A stretch of 63,269 bases of DNA, filler included, from Chiloscyllium plagiosum (lineage: Eukaryota): NCBI RefSeq assembly GCF_004010195.1. It is 4 parts of one record of this genome, joined end to end, with 100 filler letters (N's around TTAATTAATTAA, not from the genome) between each part and the next. Parts side by side here need not be neighbours in the genome. Positions count along the whole stretch, not along the records: positions 25,983 to 40,697 come from NC_057714.1; positions 40,798 to 60,554 come from NC_057714.1; 2 more parts are not named here. One strand, 5' to 3'. A program made the position numbers and the translations under genes. Under the pieces are notes generated by a model, which was not told the DNA's origin, ran no database searches, and worked only from the letters and a program-made list of their open reading frames with translations. Positions 39,324 to 50,669 of this stretch are shown here, piece by piece; position 1 is the stretch's first letter; every line of letters starts with the position of its first letter.

Positions 39324-39870
39324 AGAGAGCTGTTTTTTCCAGAGGGAAGATGGGCCGGAAGGAGAGGAGGAAGACTCAGGGAAGTGTTCGCTAACACCTC
39401 AGCTAGAGAGCTGTAGGCTGCCTTCTCAGCTTCAATGAGACTGACACATTCCATGTCAATAACCTGTTTGTCCTTTGAATCATCTGCAATTCATAGTTGC
39501 GCATGTTGCTTTGTCTAATTAACTAATGTATCATATCTGGACTGCTGCTTCTGAACAAGCTAAGAAACTATCAGAAAATTGCTACAAATCATCAACTACT
39601 TATATTAGGTTCCAGTGATGATGGACTACCCCAAATTCAGCAAAAAAAAAGTCAGATTCCACACGTTGTTGACCACAGCCAGATCTACCTCAACATCACG
39701 TCTCACAGCTATTGCATTGCCTCTGATTTGCAATGCTATTGTCTGACAGTCAATACTGGATGAGTTTATATTTCTTTCAGCCATGCCTTAGAAAGACAGA
39801 ATCCAGTGCTCTCTTCCTGTGACACAAACTCCATTCTCTAGCCACTGATTCCATTCTTTTAAGATAAGAT

Positions 39871-39965
39871 CAAAACAGAAAATGCTGGGAAACTCAGTAT
39901 GTCCTTGATCACCTGTGGAGAGTGAACTTAATGTTACAGGTTGATAAGCTTTCATTAGAACTGGG
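39871..39965 (-). mobile_element. Older PLE (family D) fragment
   Basis: aaaacagaaaatgctgggaaactcag..ctgtggagag..ttaatgtt, reverse complement of family D. Confidence 0.45.
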
Positions 39966-40440
39966 AAACGTTAGGCACTTTAGAAAGGTGTGAAGGATTC
40001 AGAGAGGGTCCAGAACAGAATGGTGCAGAGAATCTGTTGTTGTTCTGCTGAGAGAGGAGGAGATGAAGAGAAGATTTGACATTGGTACTGAAAATCCTAA
40101 GGAATCCAAACAGAGTGGACACAGAGAAACTGTCCTTATTGGAGGAGGGTCAGAGAGGTGGAAAACCAGAAAGACACGATGAACCAAATGACCTATCTAA
40201 CAGTAGTAACAGTACTATGATTATATAATTCCATGTAATATGTCGTTAACAAATATAAAGGGTGAGGCTGGGAAAACTAACAAAAAGGATAGTCTGCTAT
40301 AGAGTGCAAGCTTGGAGAGATTAAACAAAAACAAAATTAATGGACCAAGATTAAAGGGAGTGGATTGGAGTAAATAAAGAATCTAAATTTTACACAGAGG
40401 AGCTGTGATTACAGAACCATGAATAGCTGATGTTTGAAAG

Positions 40441-40697
40441 CATTTTGCATCAGTATTTACTGTGGAAAAGGATATGGAAGATATAGAGTGTAGGGAAATA
40501 GATGGTGACATCTTGCAAAATGTCCAGATTGCATAGGAGTAAGTGCTGGATGTCTTGAAACGCATAAAGGTGAATAAATCCCCAGGACCTGATCAGGTGT
40601 ACCCTAGAACTCTGTGGGAAGCCAGAGAAGTGATTGCTGGGCCCCTTGCTGTGATATTTGTATCATCGATAGTCACAGGTGAGGTGCCGGAAGACTG
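40441..40697 (+). mobile_element. CR1 ORF2 fragment (RT N-terminal region), truncated by a gap
   Basis: FASVFT..LKRIKVNKSPGPDQVYPRTL.EA.E.IAGPL..IF..S..TGEVPED. Confidence 0.93.
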
Positions 40698-40797
40698 NNN
40701 NNNNNNNNNNNNNNNNNNNNNNNNNNNNNNNNNNNNNNNNNTTAATTAATTAANNNNNNNNNNNNNNNNNNNNNNNNNNNNNNNNNNNNNNNNNNNN
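40698..40797. other. Artificial assembly gap/linker
   Basis: N44-TTAATTAATTAA-N44. Confidence 0.97.
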
Positions 40798-41283
40798 GCT
40801 CAAAAACTGCATGCATTCATGTAGAACTCTGAGCTCAAAAACTGCATGAATTTATGTAAAACTCTGTTACCTCACTTTTTAGATTAGAATTAACCTAAAC
40901 ATCAGGTCATAGACAGAGAACACAGGGGGCTAACACCTTCAACATATTGTCTAGCTATCACCATTGTTAACAGCTAACCCAAGAATGCAACTTAAAAAAA
41001 AAGGGTTTTGTGATTTACACATGAAAGAAGTGAGACTATCACTGTATTCCAACAGATGAAAGGTTTAACAGACAATCAATTTTTCAATGTATAATTTCAG
41101 TGATATCACACTGCAAATTTTTGCTATAAATTCTGTGTTACGATCGAGCCCTCCACAATCACCTGATGAAAGAGCGTCGCTCCGAAAGCTAGTGTGCTTC
41201 CAATTAAACCTGTTGGACTATAACCTGGTGTTGTGTGATTTTTAACTTCGTACATCCAGTCCAACACCGGCATCTCCAAATCA
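40798..41283 (+). mobile_element. PLE family C 3' UTR/pseudo-LTR with hammerhead motif at 41160-41194
   Basis: cac-CTGATGA-aagagc(gtc)gctcc-GAAAG-CTA-gtg; 3' end aacctgttggactataacctggtgttgtgtg is shared with 51772-52423 and 58307-58527. Confidence 0.75.
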
Positions 41284-41304
41284 GATAAAGTAACACATTG
41301 ATGC

Positions 41305-42260
41305 ATATGAGATCCAGAGAGGTCTCGCCAGGGTCGATGCTGAGAAGATATTTCCCCTTTGCAGGAGAGACTAGAACTAAGAGACAATTTTTGACACTGA
41401 GGGCTCTCCCATTTTAGATGGAAATGAGAGGAAACGTTTTTCTCTCGGTAGATTGCAAATAGGTGGAAACCTGTTCCTCAGAGAATGATGGAGGCAGGGT
41501 CACTAAGGCAGAGAAAGATATTGAGATTCTTGATGAACACATGAGGAAAGGTTTACCTGCGGAGGCAGAATTGTGGTGTTCAGGCGATAGTTAGGTCTGT
41601 CATGATCATGTTCAGCAATCTGTCCAAGACCACCCAAGTAGATGCAGCAATCTAGAAGGCCCAACAAAGTCTCTTCTTCCTCAGGAGGCTTAGGAAATTC
41701 GACATATCTGTAAGGACCCTCACCAACTTTTACAGATTCACTATAGAAAGCACACTGCCAGGGTGCATAATGGCTTGGTACGGCAACTTCTCTGTCCAGG
41801 ACTATAATGAACGACAGGAAGTTGTGTGTACAGCGCTAACCATCATGCAAACCAAGCTCCCACCTCTGGACTCTATCTACATTTTCCCTTGCCACGGAAA
41901 AGCTGCCAACATCAGCTAAGACCTCTCCTCCTCAGTAATAATCTCTCCTCATCTCTTCCATCAGGCAGAAGACACAGAAGCTTAAACATGCGTACTAAAG
42001 ATTCAAGAACAGCTTCTTCCTGGCTGTTATGAGACTGTTGAATGGACCTTTCTAATTTCAAATCTAATGTTGATCTTGCTTTTGTGTAGCTCCTGTGCAG
42101 CCGTAACATTTTATACCTTGCTCTGTTAAACACCCTATGATTTGTATGTCCTTGTATGTTCACTGTACTTGGGTGACAACAATAAATCAAATCAAATCAA
42201 ATCAGTGGTGAAACTAGCTCAATAGGCCAAATGACCTACTCGGGCTCATAATTTATATGC
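41305..42260 (+). mobile_element. Old CR1 3' end interrupted by a Rex1/Babar insertion
   Basis: CR1 ORF2 end and UTR at 41305-41617; the tail resumes at about 42203 (ctcaataggccaaatgacctact). Confidence 0.6.
41618..42204 (+). mobile_element. Rex1/Babar-clade LINE 3' fragment
   Basis: Encodes KAQQSLFFLRRLRKF..TLTNFYR.TIES...GCIMAWYGN and LPSGRR; ends in aataaatcaaatcaaatcaaatca. Confidence 0.8.
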
Positions 42261-42947
42261 TACTTGTGGCAGCTTGCTGTGTAGTAAACTGATTGCTGTG
42301 TTTCCTACATTAAATAATGACAGCTCTCCAAGAAATACTGTTGACTGAAAAGCATCATGGAAGAATTAAGGCGTTCTTCTCCTTTAAATCAGTTTTACCC
42401 ACCCTCAGCACCAACCCAACCTGACTCCAGACTGACACTCCTACCCCTTCATCAGTCTGCCACCCTGTCACCCAACTAACCTGCTACACTAACCACCAGT
42501 CACCCCATTGACCTGCCAACCTGACACCCTATCCATTTACTAATCTTGCTAACCTACTCTCTACCATCTTGCTAACCTGTCATCCTGCCCACCAACCACC
42601 TGACCTACTACACTACCAATCTGTTAGTCTACCCACCAATAAACTACTTTAATGCTTGTCTACACTGGTGCCATCCCTACCCCCACAGTCACTTTCCTCA
42701 ACCCCCCCATTCACTAAGAGGCATAAATAATATTGAATGTTAAAAAGGAAAAAATACTAATTGTGCTAGAATCAGTAAATGTATGTTCATTAAATGTATA
42801 AAAGCCATTAGAAAGTCATTACATATACAATTAGTCAACAACAATGACATTAATTCATTAAAAGAAACAAAAATCATAAAAGCGTTAAAAACTTTCAAGA
42901 CTTAACTTGCAGTTGATGTCTTTATACTGTTTGCTGCTGTCATTAAT

Positions 42948-43274
42948 GATTAGATTCCCTACAGTATGGAAACAGGCCCTTCAGCCCAATAAGTCCATAC
43001 CGACCCTCCGAAGAGTAACCCGCCCAGACCCAGTCCCCCATCCCATACTTACCCCTGACTAATGCACCTAACACTATGGGCAATTTAGTATGGCCAATTC
43101 ACCTGACCCACACATCTTTGGACTGTGGGAGGAAACCGGAGCACCCGGAGGAAACCCACGCAGACACGGGGAGAATGTGCAAACTCCACACAGACAGCTG
43201 CCCAAGGTGGGAATCAAACATGGGTCCCTGGCGTTGTGAGGCAACAGTGCTAACCACTGAGCCACCATGCCGCC
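42948..43274 (-). mobile_element. HE1-type V-SINE, full length
   Basis: gggcggcatggtggctcagtggttagcac head; V-domain gcgtgggtttcctccgggtgctccggtttcctcccacagtccaaagatgtg; CR1-like tail. Confidence 0.93.
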
Positions 43275-44104
43275 CACTTCTTCTGGTGTCAGGTAGTGGG
43301 GAGAGGGGCATGGCTTTGTGCTTTCTCAAGCTGACCCTCCCATATTTCTACAATGGAGGCTGCAGGAAGTGGCCATCAAGGGGAGACTAACAGGAAAAAT
43401 CACGGGCCAGATAGGTGGGTAGCTTCTCCTACGATTGGGGGCGGTCTGAACAGTTGTGACATCATTCAGAAAGTCTAAGCTGCTATGGGCTGTATCTTAC
43501 CAAAAGTCAGCTCAGTGTCAATTTCGGGGAGTTTCATGGAGGGTTTCTCTCTGTCAGCTCTAGCGAGGTACATCTCACAACTCTCCACTACTCATCTTAT
43601 AATGTATGTATTGTGCCACACCTTGGTATTGTACGTTCATCATTGACTGATGTACTCAGAGGTTCTGGGATCTTCTGGGATTCCTGATGCCAATGCCATA
43701 TTCAAGACCCAGCTGAGCACCACCTCGATCACTGCTGACATTGAATAGCCCTCGCAGCACATGTAGTGGGTGAGAAATTAGAATGAAAAGCTTCTGAGAG
43801 CCTGTTGGTTGGATGAGTGACACTTCACTTCAAATAGATTCTCTCATTTATAAATGTACTGATATTTTCCAAAGTTGCCTTCTGGTTTTAATGGCATTTC
43901 ACAAGAATTGAGCTATCCAGGTTATCCCTCCTTAGCATTCCTCCATGTTAGAATCTTGTCTAAGGGAGTGTTACTCTTTCCCAAATGCGCATCGTTGCTT
44001 AATATAACATTTTCTCAATGTTCAATATTGAAAAGCCTTTGAACCATTGAAAATATTTGCTTTTTGTTATTCAGTGAAAATTAAGAAAAAAAAACAAACA
44101 TGAA

Positions 44105-44226
44105 TAGAAAATGTTAGAGAAACTCAGCATGTCTGGCAGTATCTTTGGTGAGAGAGTTAATGTTTCTAGTCCAGTATGACCGCTTCAGAAAAGTCCTGAG
44201 GAGTTATATTGAACCTGAAATATTAA
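44105..44226 (-). mobile_element. Older PLE (family D) fold-back remnant
   Basis: aactcagcatgtctggcagtatct..gttaatgtttc..gaccgcttcag followed by cctgaggagttatattgaacctgaaatattaa. Confidence 0.45.
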
Positions 44227-45277
44227 ACAAAAAAAGAATCACAAGTTACCTTTAACTGGCTGTGGCTGCAACGTCTGAAGGATAACAATTCCCTTCGACA
44301 TGTCCTAGGACTACTCCTCTTAGATTTTGAGACCTGGCCATTGGGTTGAAGTTTGTTTGGTACATATGCTGCTGGTGTGGGATTGATGTAGCAGAGTGCC
44401 ATACAACAACATGTTTGTCCCTTGATTGATCAACCACTGACAACCATAACAAGCTGCTCTGTCCTAAATAGCAGGGTAAAACGAACTACTGTGAACATGC
44501 AAGGTCTGAATCAGGCATCAAAGGACAAAACATCAAGCCAAGAGATGTTGTGGGCATCAAGTCGGCTTGAAGGAAGCAGGTGAAGAGCCCTGAGGTGTAC
44601 TCTGCTCCGATTGAAGACATGGGCTTCTCTCCCTGGCTCTACAGCAGCATTAAAATATAAGGTGTGGATGTGCTTCAAACTGCAGCAATGAAGTGGAGAA
44701 CTGTCTTCTCTGTGACTCAGATGATGATGTGAGGTCGGTGTGTGTTTCTGATGCCACCATATATGGGTATGGGGTATGGGCAGTCGCTGCCTGCAGAGTG
44801 TATCCTGAGGAGTTAGTAACTGGAGGAACAGCAGATGCCAGCTACCTGCTCTGACTGGAATTGTTGCCGTCTGCTTTTTCTTTGCACCATGGGAGAGTAG
44901 CAAACTACATACGAGTAAGGTGAGATTAGATACTAATGAGATGTAAATGCATGCAAATAGGCCTCTCATTAGTGAGATTCCCATCTTGCTTTTCAAAGGA
45001 AAATCAGATTTTGTTTCTTGATGTCGAGAACTTCATTTATCTGATCCTGCCATGCTTTCTGAACTGCATCCCCATTGCCCACATTGTTCAGAGGCTGAGA
45101 AAATACAGCCCTAGATTTCCCTCAGCAGTTTCAATCACAGCAATTTTCTTTGACCATGTAAGCACAGAAAAACGGTTACATGGGAAAAACAGTCCTCTAT
45201 TGTATTTGGCACATTATATTGAAGCAGTCTGGAAAATAATAACACAGAATTTTCTAGCTTATTCTGAGCAGACATTA

Positions 45278-45612
45278 TTAGAATCATAGTAACCCCACAG
45301 TGCGGAAGCAGGACATTCAGCACATTGAGTCCACATGAAGAGCATCCTACCCAGTCCCATCCTCCAATTTATAATCCTGCATTTTCCACGGCTAATCCAC
45401 CCAACCTCCACATCCCTGGACTCTATAGACAGTTTAGCATGATTAGTCGATCTAACCTGCACAGCGTTGGAAACTGGAGCACCCGAAGGAAACCCACATA
45501 TACACAGGGCCAACGTGCAAACCCTACACAGGCAATTGCCCAACCGTGGAATCAAACCTGGGTCCCTGGCACTGTGAGGCAGCAGTGCTAGCCACTAGGC
45601 CACCATGCCACC
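45278..45612 (-). mobile_element. HE1-type V-SINE (diverged)
   Basis: tRNA head, V-domain remnant and (ctatgattcta) tail. Confidence 0.85.
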
Positions 45613-45880
45613 ATTTTGAAATTTATGGCTATTTTGCCAATGGGAACTTGCAATAAAATGTACTTTTGAGCTTATTCAATTATATTGGGACTTAAACAAA
45701 TGCGTCGTTGAAATGCAACTGCAAAGTCACCAAGAGGCATATTCGCCTGCTGCCATGACAGCCCACTCTCAGGGCCTCCTGTCTCGGCTGCTGCCTTATA
45801 TTGTTGTGCTGAACAGTAATAAGTTGAAACTTTATTGCTGGAACAGCACAGCAGGTCAGGCAGCATCCAGGGAACAGGAG

Positions 45881-45916
45881 ATTCGACGTTTCGGGCACAG
45901 GCCCTTCTTCAGGAAT
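45881..45916 (-). ncRNA. Minimal hammerhead ribozyme motif (family B), intact
   Basis: Minus strand attc-CTGAAGA-a-gggc(ctgt)gccc-GAAAC-GTC-gaat; perfect 4-bp stem I and GUC triplet. Confidence 0.78.
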
Positions 45917-46160
45917 GAGCAGAGAGTGTTCAGCAGGAGAAGATAAAAGGTAGGGAGGAGGGACTTGGAGGAGGGGAGTTGGAAATGTGATAGGTGGAAA
46001 GAGGTCAAGGTGAGGGTGATAGACCGCATGTTTTAATGTGATTATGGTTTTTGCCTGTATTACCCTTTGAACTCGTGGGTTCCAGAACCTCACCACTGAT
46101 GAGAAAGTTGTTCCAGGTGTCATAGTCAATATTTTTTCAATAATTAGTACAGCATTTCTT

Positions 46161-46290
46161 TTTGTGGGAGCTTGCTACATGTAAATTGCCTGCTATGTGT
46201 CAACACTGACTGTACTTCCAAAGTACTTTATTGGCTGTAAAGCATTTTGGATCTTTCTGTGGCCATAACAGTTACTATATAAATGCAATT
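46161..46290 (+). mobile_element. Ancient Deu-SINE/L2-tail-like remnant within the cargo
   Basis: ttgtgggagcttgct..aaattg.ctgc..tgactgtacttccaaagtactttattggctgtaaagcattttgg..ctatataaatgcaa; related remnant at 42264-42365. Confidence 0.6.
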
Positions 46291-47225
46291 TAATTTTAAT
46301 AACTCAATAGTTACTCATAGAAATCTAATGTTATATCACTGGGATGCTTTTTTGCCATTATTATGGCAATAATGTTTTTTTCAAATTTAAAAAAAAGTTA
46401 TGATATTTCAGCTACTTTAATCCCATGTGTATCACTGATGATTTGTATTTACTCTGTGGAAATTTTAATTGAGTAGAAGATTTTACTGCATTTTACTTTC
46501 TGATTTGCTGTTTGAGAATACTTCAGTGTAATTGGCTGCCAACTCCCTGCGGTGATATCACTGTTACTGTATGCCTAGTGTTTGTCTTGATCTTGCACAT
46601 ATCAAGAAAGGGAAACTTCATGCCTCAGAGATCACTAGATAGCAGAAAATCCCTTTAATACTTCAAAGTACTCTTTTGGTATGATCCTAGATATTGAATA
46701 TTGTTAGATATTATTACTGGAGCGAATCATAGATTTACATTTAAATAGTTCCCATTTCTGTCTTTGTTCACTCCTTTCCTCAGCAATATTTTGTGTTTGA
46801 TTTTGTCTACTTTCTGTGGTTTTATTTACCCTAATGAAGAAGAGCATATCTTCTCAACATCACAACTATTGATCTCACCCTGCTTGGCTGTTGTATGGAA
46901 CCCCCTACGTGTTAACCCCTTAAAGCCAAATACATAACAATATTGTCAAATTTGATGGAATTTTAATGCATTTACTTTAGGGGAAATTTGGCATGTTAAT
47001 ATGCTGCAGTTTTTCTTATCTGCGATGTTTTGTGTTATGTTGCTGAAAATATTACTGATGAAATACTTAGCAGTTGTAGTAAAATCATGCGTATACTTAG
47101 GATGAAGAAGATTATGAGTACCACATATGCTTGGTCCAGTTCTTGTTGGATTCATTTGGATATCAAAGTTGAAACTTTATTGCTGGAACAGCACAGCAGG
47201 TCAGGCAGCATCCAGGGAACAGGAG

Positions 47226-47261
47226 ATTCGACGTTTCGGGCACAGGCCCTTCTTCAGGAAT
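47226..47261 (-). ncRNA. Minimal hammerhead ribozyme motif (family B), intact
   Basis: Identical to 45881-45916, 1345 nt away on the same strand. Confidence 0.78.
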
Positions 47262-47443
47262 GAGCAGAGAGTGTTCAGCAGGAGAAGATAAAAGGTAGGG
47301 AGGAGGGACTTGGAGGAGGGGCGTTGGAAATGTGATAGGTGGAAAGAGGTCAAGGCCTCTTTCCACCTATCACATTTCCAACGCCCCTCCTCCAAGTCCC
47401 TCCTCCCTACCTTTTATCTTCTCCTGCTGAACACTCTCTGCTC

Positions 47444-47479
47444 ATTCCTGAAGAAGGGCCTGTGCCCGAAACGTCGAAT
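47444..47479 (+). ncRNA. Minimal hammerhead ribozyme motif (family B), intact
   Basis: attc-CTGAAGA-a-gggc(ctgt)gccc-GAAAC-GTC-gaat. Confidence 0.78.
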
Positions 47480-47690
47480 CTCCTGTTCCCTGGATGCTGC
47501 CTGACCTGCTGTGCTGTTCCAGCAATAAAGTTTCAACTTTGATCTCCAGCATCTGCAGACCTCACTTTCTCCTGAACAGTAATAAGCCTATTGAGAAGGC
47601 CATTCCAGGTATTTAGTGTTTCTGAATGCAAAAGATCCAAGCAATTCAGTCGATAGTATTTTGATAAAGTGTAATGCACGACCCATTATC

Positions 47691-47996
47691 GGCTGTTGTG
47701 GCACAGTGGTAGTGGCCCTATCTCTGGACTAGGATTCCTGGGATCAAGTCCCACCTGTTCCAGAGATGTATCATAACATGTTTCAACAAGTAACTACACA
47801 GCTCATTAAAGGCTCTTGTGCGACAATGGTAATACCATTACCTTGAAGCTAGGCTGTCCTGGTTCAAATCCCATTGCCTCCAGAGGTTTTTCTGAACAAG
47901 CTGATCTGCAAGACTCATAGGACTCTAGCGTGGCAGTGTCCCTTTCTTTGGACCAAGAGGTCCTGGTTCAAGTCTCATCTGCTCTAGAAATGTGTT
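47691..47996 (+). repeat. Three tandem diverged tRNA-derived units (about 110-120 bp)
   Basis: Units start at about 47691, 47811 and 47920, each with an A-box-like (tggcacagtgg) and B-box-like (ggttcaaatcc) motif followed by ccagag/ctagaa. Confidence 0.6.
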
Positions 47997-49103
47997 AATT
48001 AAGAAAATATTTGCATGGCTCCATAAAGGCATACAAAAATATCACTATCAAACTCTGAAAATCTCAGTTATGTTGATTAGGGAATGTGATTTCTGACTAT
48101 GCAGCAGTTGAATCTTAGAACAGAAATGTAGGAAATTTTCATTAACAAGTCTTTTCTGTGGGACATTTTATGTAAATTAGTGACAGAAGGTTTGTACTGA
48201 GCTGGGAAATGGAACAATGATTGAGAAATTTGCACATATCAGAGTTTTGGTGTAAAACCAACCTAACTCAGTCATGTATATATTTCCTTCGGTAAATCAG
48301 TGCAGTGCCCTTCACGCATGGAGTTACACTGAAGTGCTCTCAAAACTTCAGCAGCAATGTTTCCACCATTTCTCTTCCCTTTGATCCAGACTAAGACAAA
48401 ATGAATATTTTAAAGCAAAATGCACTTTCACAATTGATGTCATCATGGTTCTTTAAAATTTTTAATGATTTTGAAAATGAAACTGTCGGAGAATTGATTC
48501 TGTTGGTTAATGCATCAGCAACAAGTTGGAGGTCGGCACATTCACAAAAACAATTAAGAGTTAAAAAATAAATTTGACTATATAGATGTGGAGCGCTTTG
48601 TTATAAGTGACAGTTGAAAGCAGAATACAGATATTGTGCATGTGTCATGGTCAGATGGGTGGGTAGAAATTGGGACTGCAATTCCTACCACTTTTTGTAT
48701 GTCCAATTTCACAAGTCTCACGCTAAAAGTGCCTGGTTATATTTAAATGTGATGCCTGTTGATTATTGATTCTAGAAGTCCCATTAGTTCCATGTTCTGT
48801 CATTATTCTACAAGTAAATCACACCCACATAAAATGGACATACTCATATACCAGCAAAGACAGAAGGATACATGTAAAAACACTTGGGGGAGATTTTAAC
48901 TCACCCTGCTCAACAGGACAGCAATATGGCCAAAATGGAGGTGATGGATATTGTAATCCTGCTCTACCACCAATCAAGGACTTTCTGAATGGGAGCCAAA
49001 TTGTCCAGATTAAACCAGAAGTAGCCTCAACAACCAATGAAACCACAGTCCTTTAACAAACATTGGACCCACTGCCATTTTAATGGGCTTAAAGTAAGCT
49101 GTG

Positions 49104-49296
49104 CTGAAAATGTGTTGCTGGAAAAGCGCAGCAGGTCAGGCAGCATCCGGGGAACAGGAGAATCGATGTTTCGGGCATAAGCCCTTATGCCCAAAACGTC
49201 GATTCTCCTGTTCCCCGGATGCTGCCTGACCTGCTGCGCTTTTCCAGCAACACATTTTCAGCTCTGATCTCCAGCATCTGCAGACCTCACTTTCTC
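49104..49296. mobile_element. PLE family B mini fold-back insertion with 16-bp TSD
   Basis: TSD CTTAAAGTAAGCTGTG at 49088-49103 and 49297-49312; about 80-bp inverted arms centred near 49182. Confidence 0.92.
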
Positions 49297-50503
49297 CTTA
49301 AAGTAAGCTGTGGTCACTGTCCTCTCTAAGATAGGTTGGAGGGGGTGAGAGAATCTGGTGTAATAACAACCCAAGTTACTTTTGCATTCCTGTTCTTTCT
49401 GCACTATAAAAATAAATGCACACTTGTTGGGAGCACATACATATTTATGGACCATGAGTAGTAGAAATGGAAGATTACTACCAGTGCATCTACTACAATG
49501 CACCACAGTTAAGGGAATTGCATCTCGTTAAAATGGTAGGCACAGGGCTACATCAGGATGCACAGGTCCGTTGGAGGACCAGAGTGTTTTAGCCTTAACC
49601 TTATTTCCAGCGGATGACTGAGGCGCAGTGCCAATGCAAGGTTCATATGTTCCTGGACACTGTGACAGAGTAATGGCAGCTGCCAGAGTGTGACCTGAGA
49701 AGATCAGAACTGAGAGCCCATCCTCTCCCAGTGACTGGCACAGGGCACTGCTGCTCTGAATGTTATGTGACTGGTTCCTTCCAGGGAACGATGGGTAACT
49801 CTCAGTTGTGCGCATGTTAAAACCAGAAGGTTTCAAACAGGAGATGAAGCCTTAGGGTTATTAAATTTACAAGATACATCTCTGAAAGTGAGGTTCAGTG
49901 GTCCACTTAAAGTAATCAAGAAGGTTAGTGAAGTAAATTATCTGTTAAATACCAAAGACGTCAAGAAGAAGATGTAGCAATACACCAGTGAGAGTCATAA
50001 CATACTTTGAGCATCTTTTTGTTTGGCTATGACCAGATGTTGGGCAGAGTGGCATTCTAGTGGAGTCTTGAAATTGCTATCGAAGTCAACTTAAATGTCT
50101 CCATTAGTATTGTCTTTGCCTCTGATGGCTACCTCATCAGCTCTTACTTCCTACAAGCCCAGGAAGATGGTAGAGGCTATAATGACAGTTGAAACAGAGC
50201 AGTAAATGCTTCCCACTAGTTTGGAACATTTACTTGGAGAGAGGGGCTCTCGATGATCCCAATATTAACCCCCACAGCAGTGATGCCAGGACCTGGCCAG
50301 TAATATGAGTATTTGACTGACATGCTCAACATAAACTGCAGGGTTCCAGTCCTTTGTGAATTGAAGTCAGCCAAGTATAGATATTATGAATGAATTCATT
50401 TAAAATTTGCAATACAATCAAGTTATAAGTTCTTGTTAAATTGTGTTCCATTTAAATGGGCCACAGTGTTATCTTTGGTTATTCGAGTGTATAAATTCTT
50501 TAT

Positions 50504-50669
50504 CTGCTGGAAATGTGTTGCTGGAAAAGCGCAGCAGGTCAGGCAGCATCCAGGGAGCAGGAGAATCGACGTTTCGGGCATAAGCCCTTCTTCAGGATTC
50601 CTGCTGCGCTTTTCCAGCAACACATTTCCAGCTCTGATCTCCAGCATCTGCAGACCTCACTTTCTCCTG
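50504..50669. mobile_element. PLE family B mini fold-back insertion with 12-bp TSD
   Basis: TSD TAAATTCTTTAT at 50492-50503 and 50670-50681; minus-strand hammerhead at 50564-50599. Confidence 0.9.

Larger units (their letters stand above)
45824..47571. mobile_element. Composite PLE family B insertion: pLTR(-), 1.14-kb cargo, pLTR(-), pLTR(+); 15-bp TSD
   Basis: TSD CTGAACAGTAATAAG at 45809-45823 and 47572-47586. Direct repeats 45821-46010 and 47166-47355 differ at one base. Perfect 188-bp inverted arms at 47162-47349 and 47356-47543. Confidence 0.88.

Noticed and set aside
38776..39438. 220-aa ORF and possible CRISPR-like array
   Set aside because: It is a 14-bp minisatellite with no unique spacers, in a eukaryotic context.
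42400..42720. C/A-rich quasi-repeat (acctgccaacc-like)
   Set aside because: Low-complexity sequence without a definable period or function.
43200..43274. tRNA genes at SINE heads (also about 7190-7259, 32200-32270 and 45540-45612)
   Set aside because: These are tRNA-derived HE1 SINE heads continuous with SINE bodies, not full cloverleafs.
49611..49795. Exon candidate after a good acceptor (ccttatttccag)
   Set aside because: Stops occur in all three frames and no product is recognisable.
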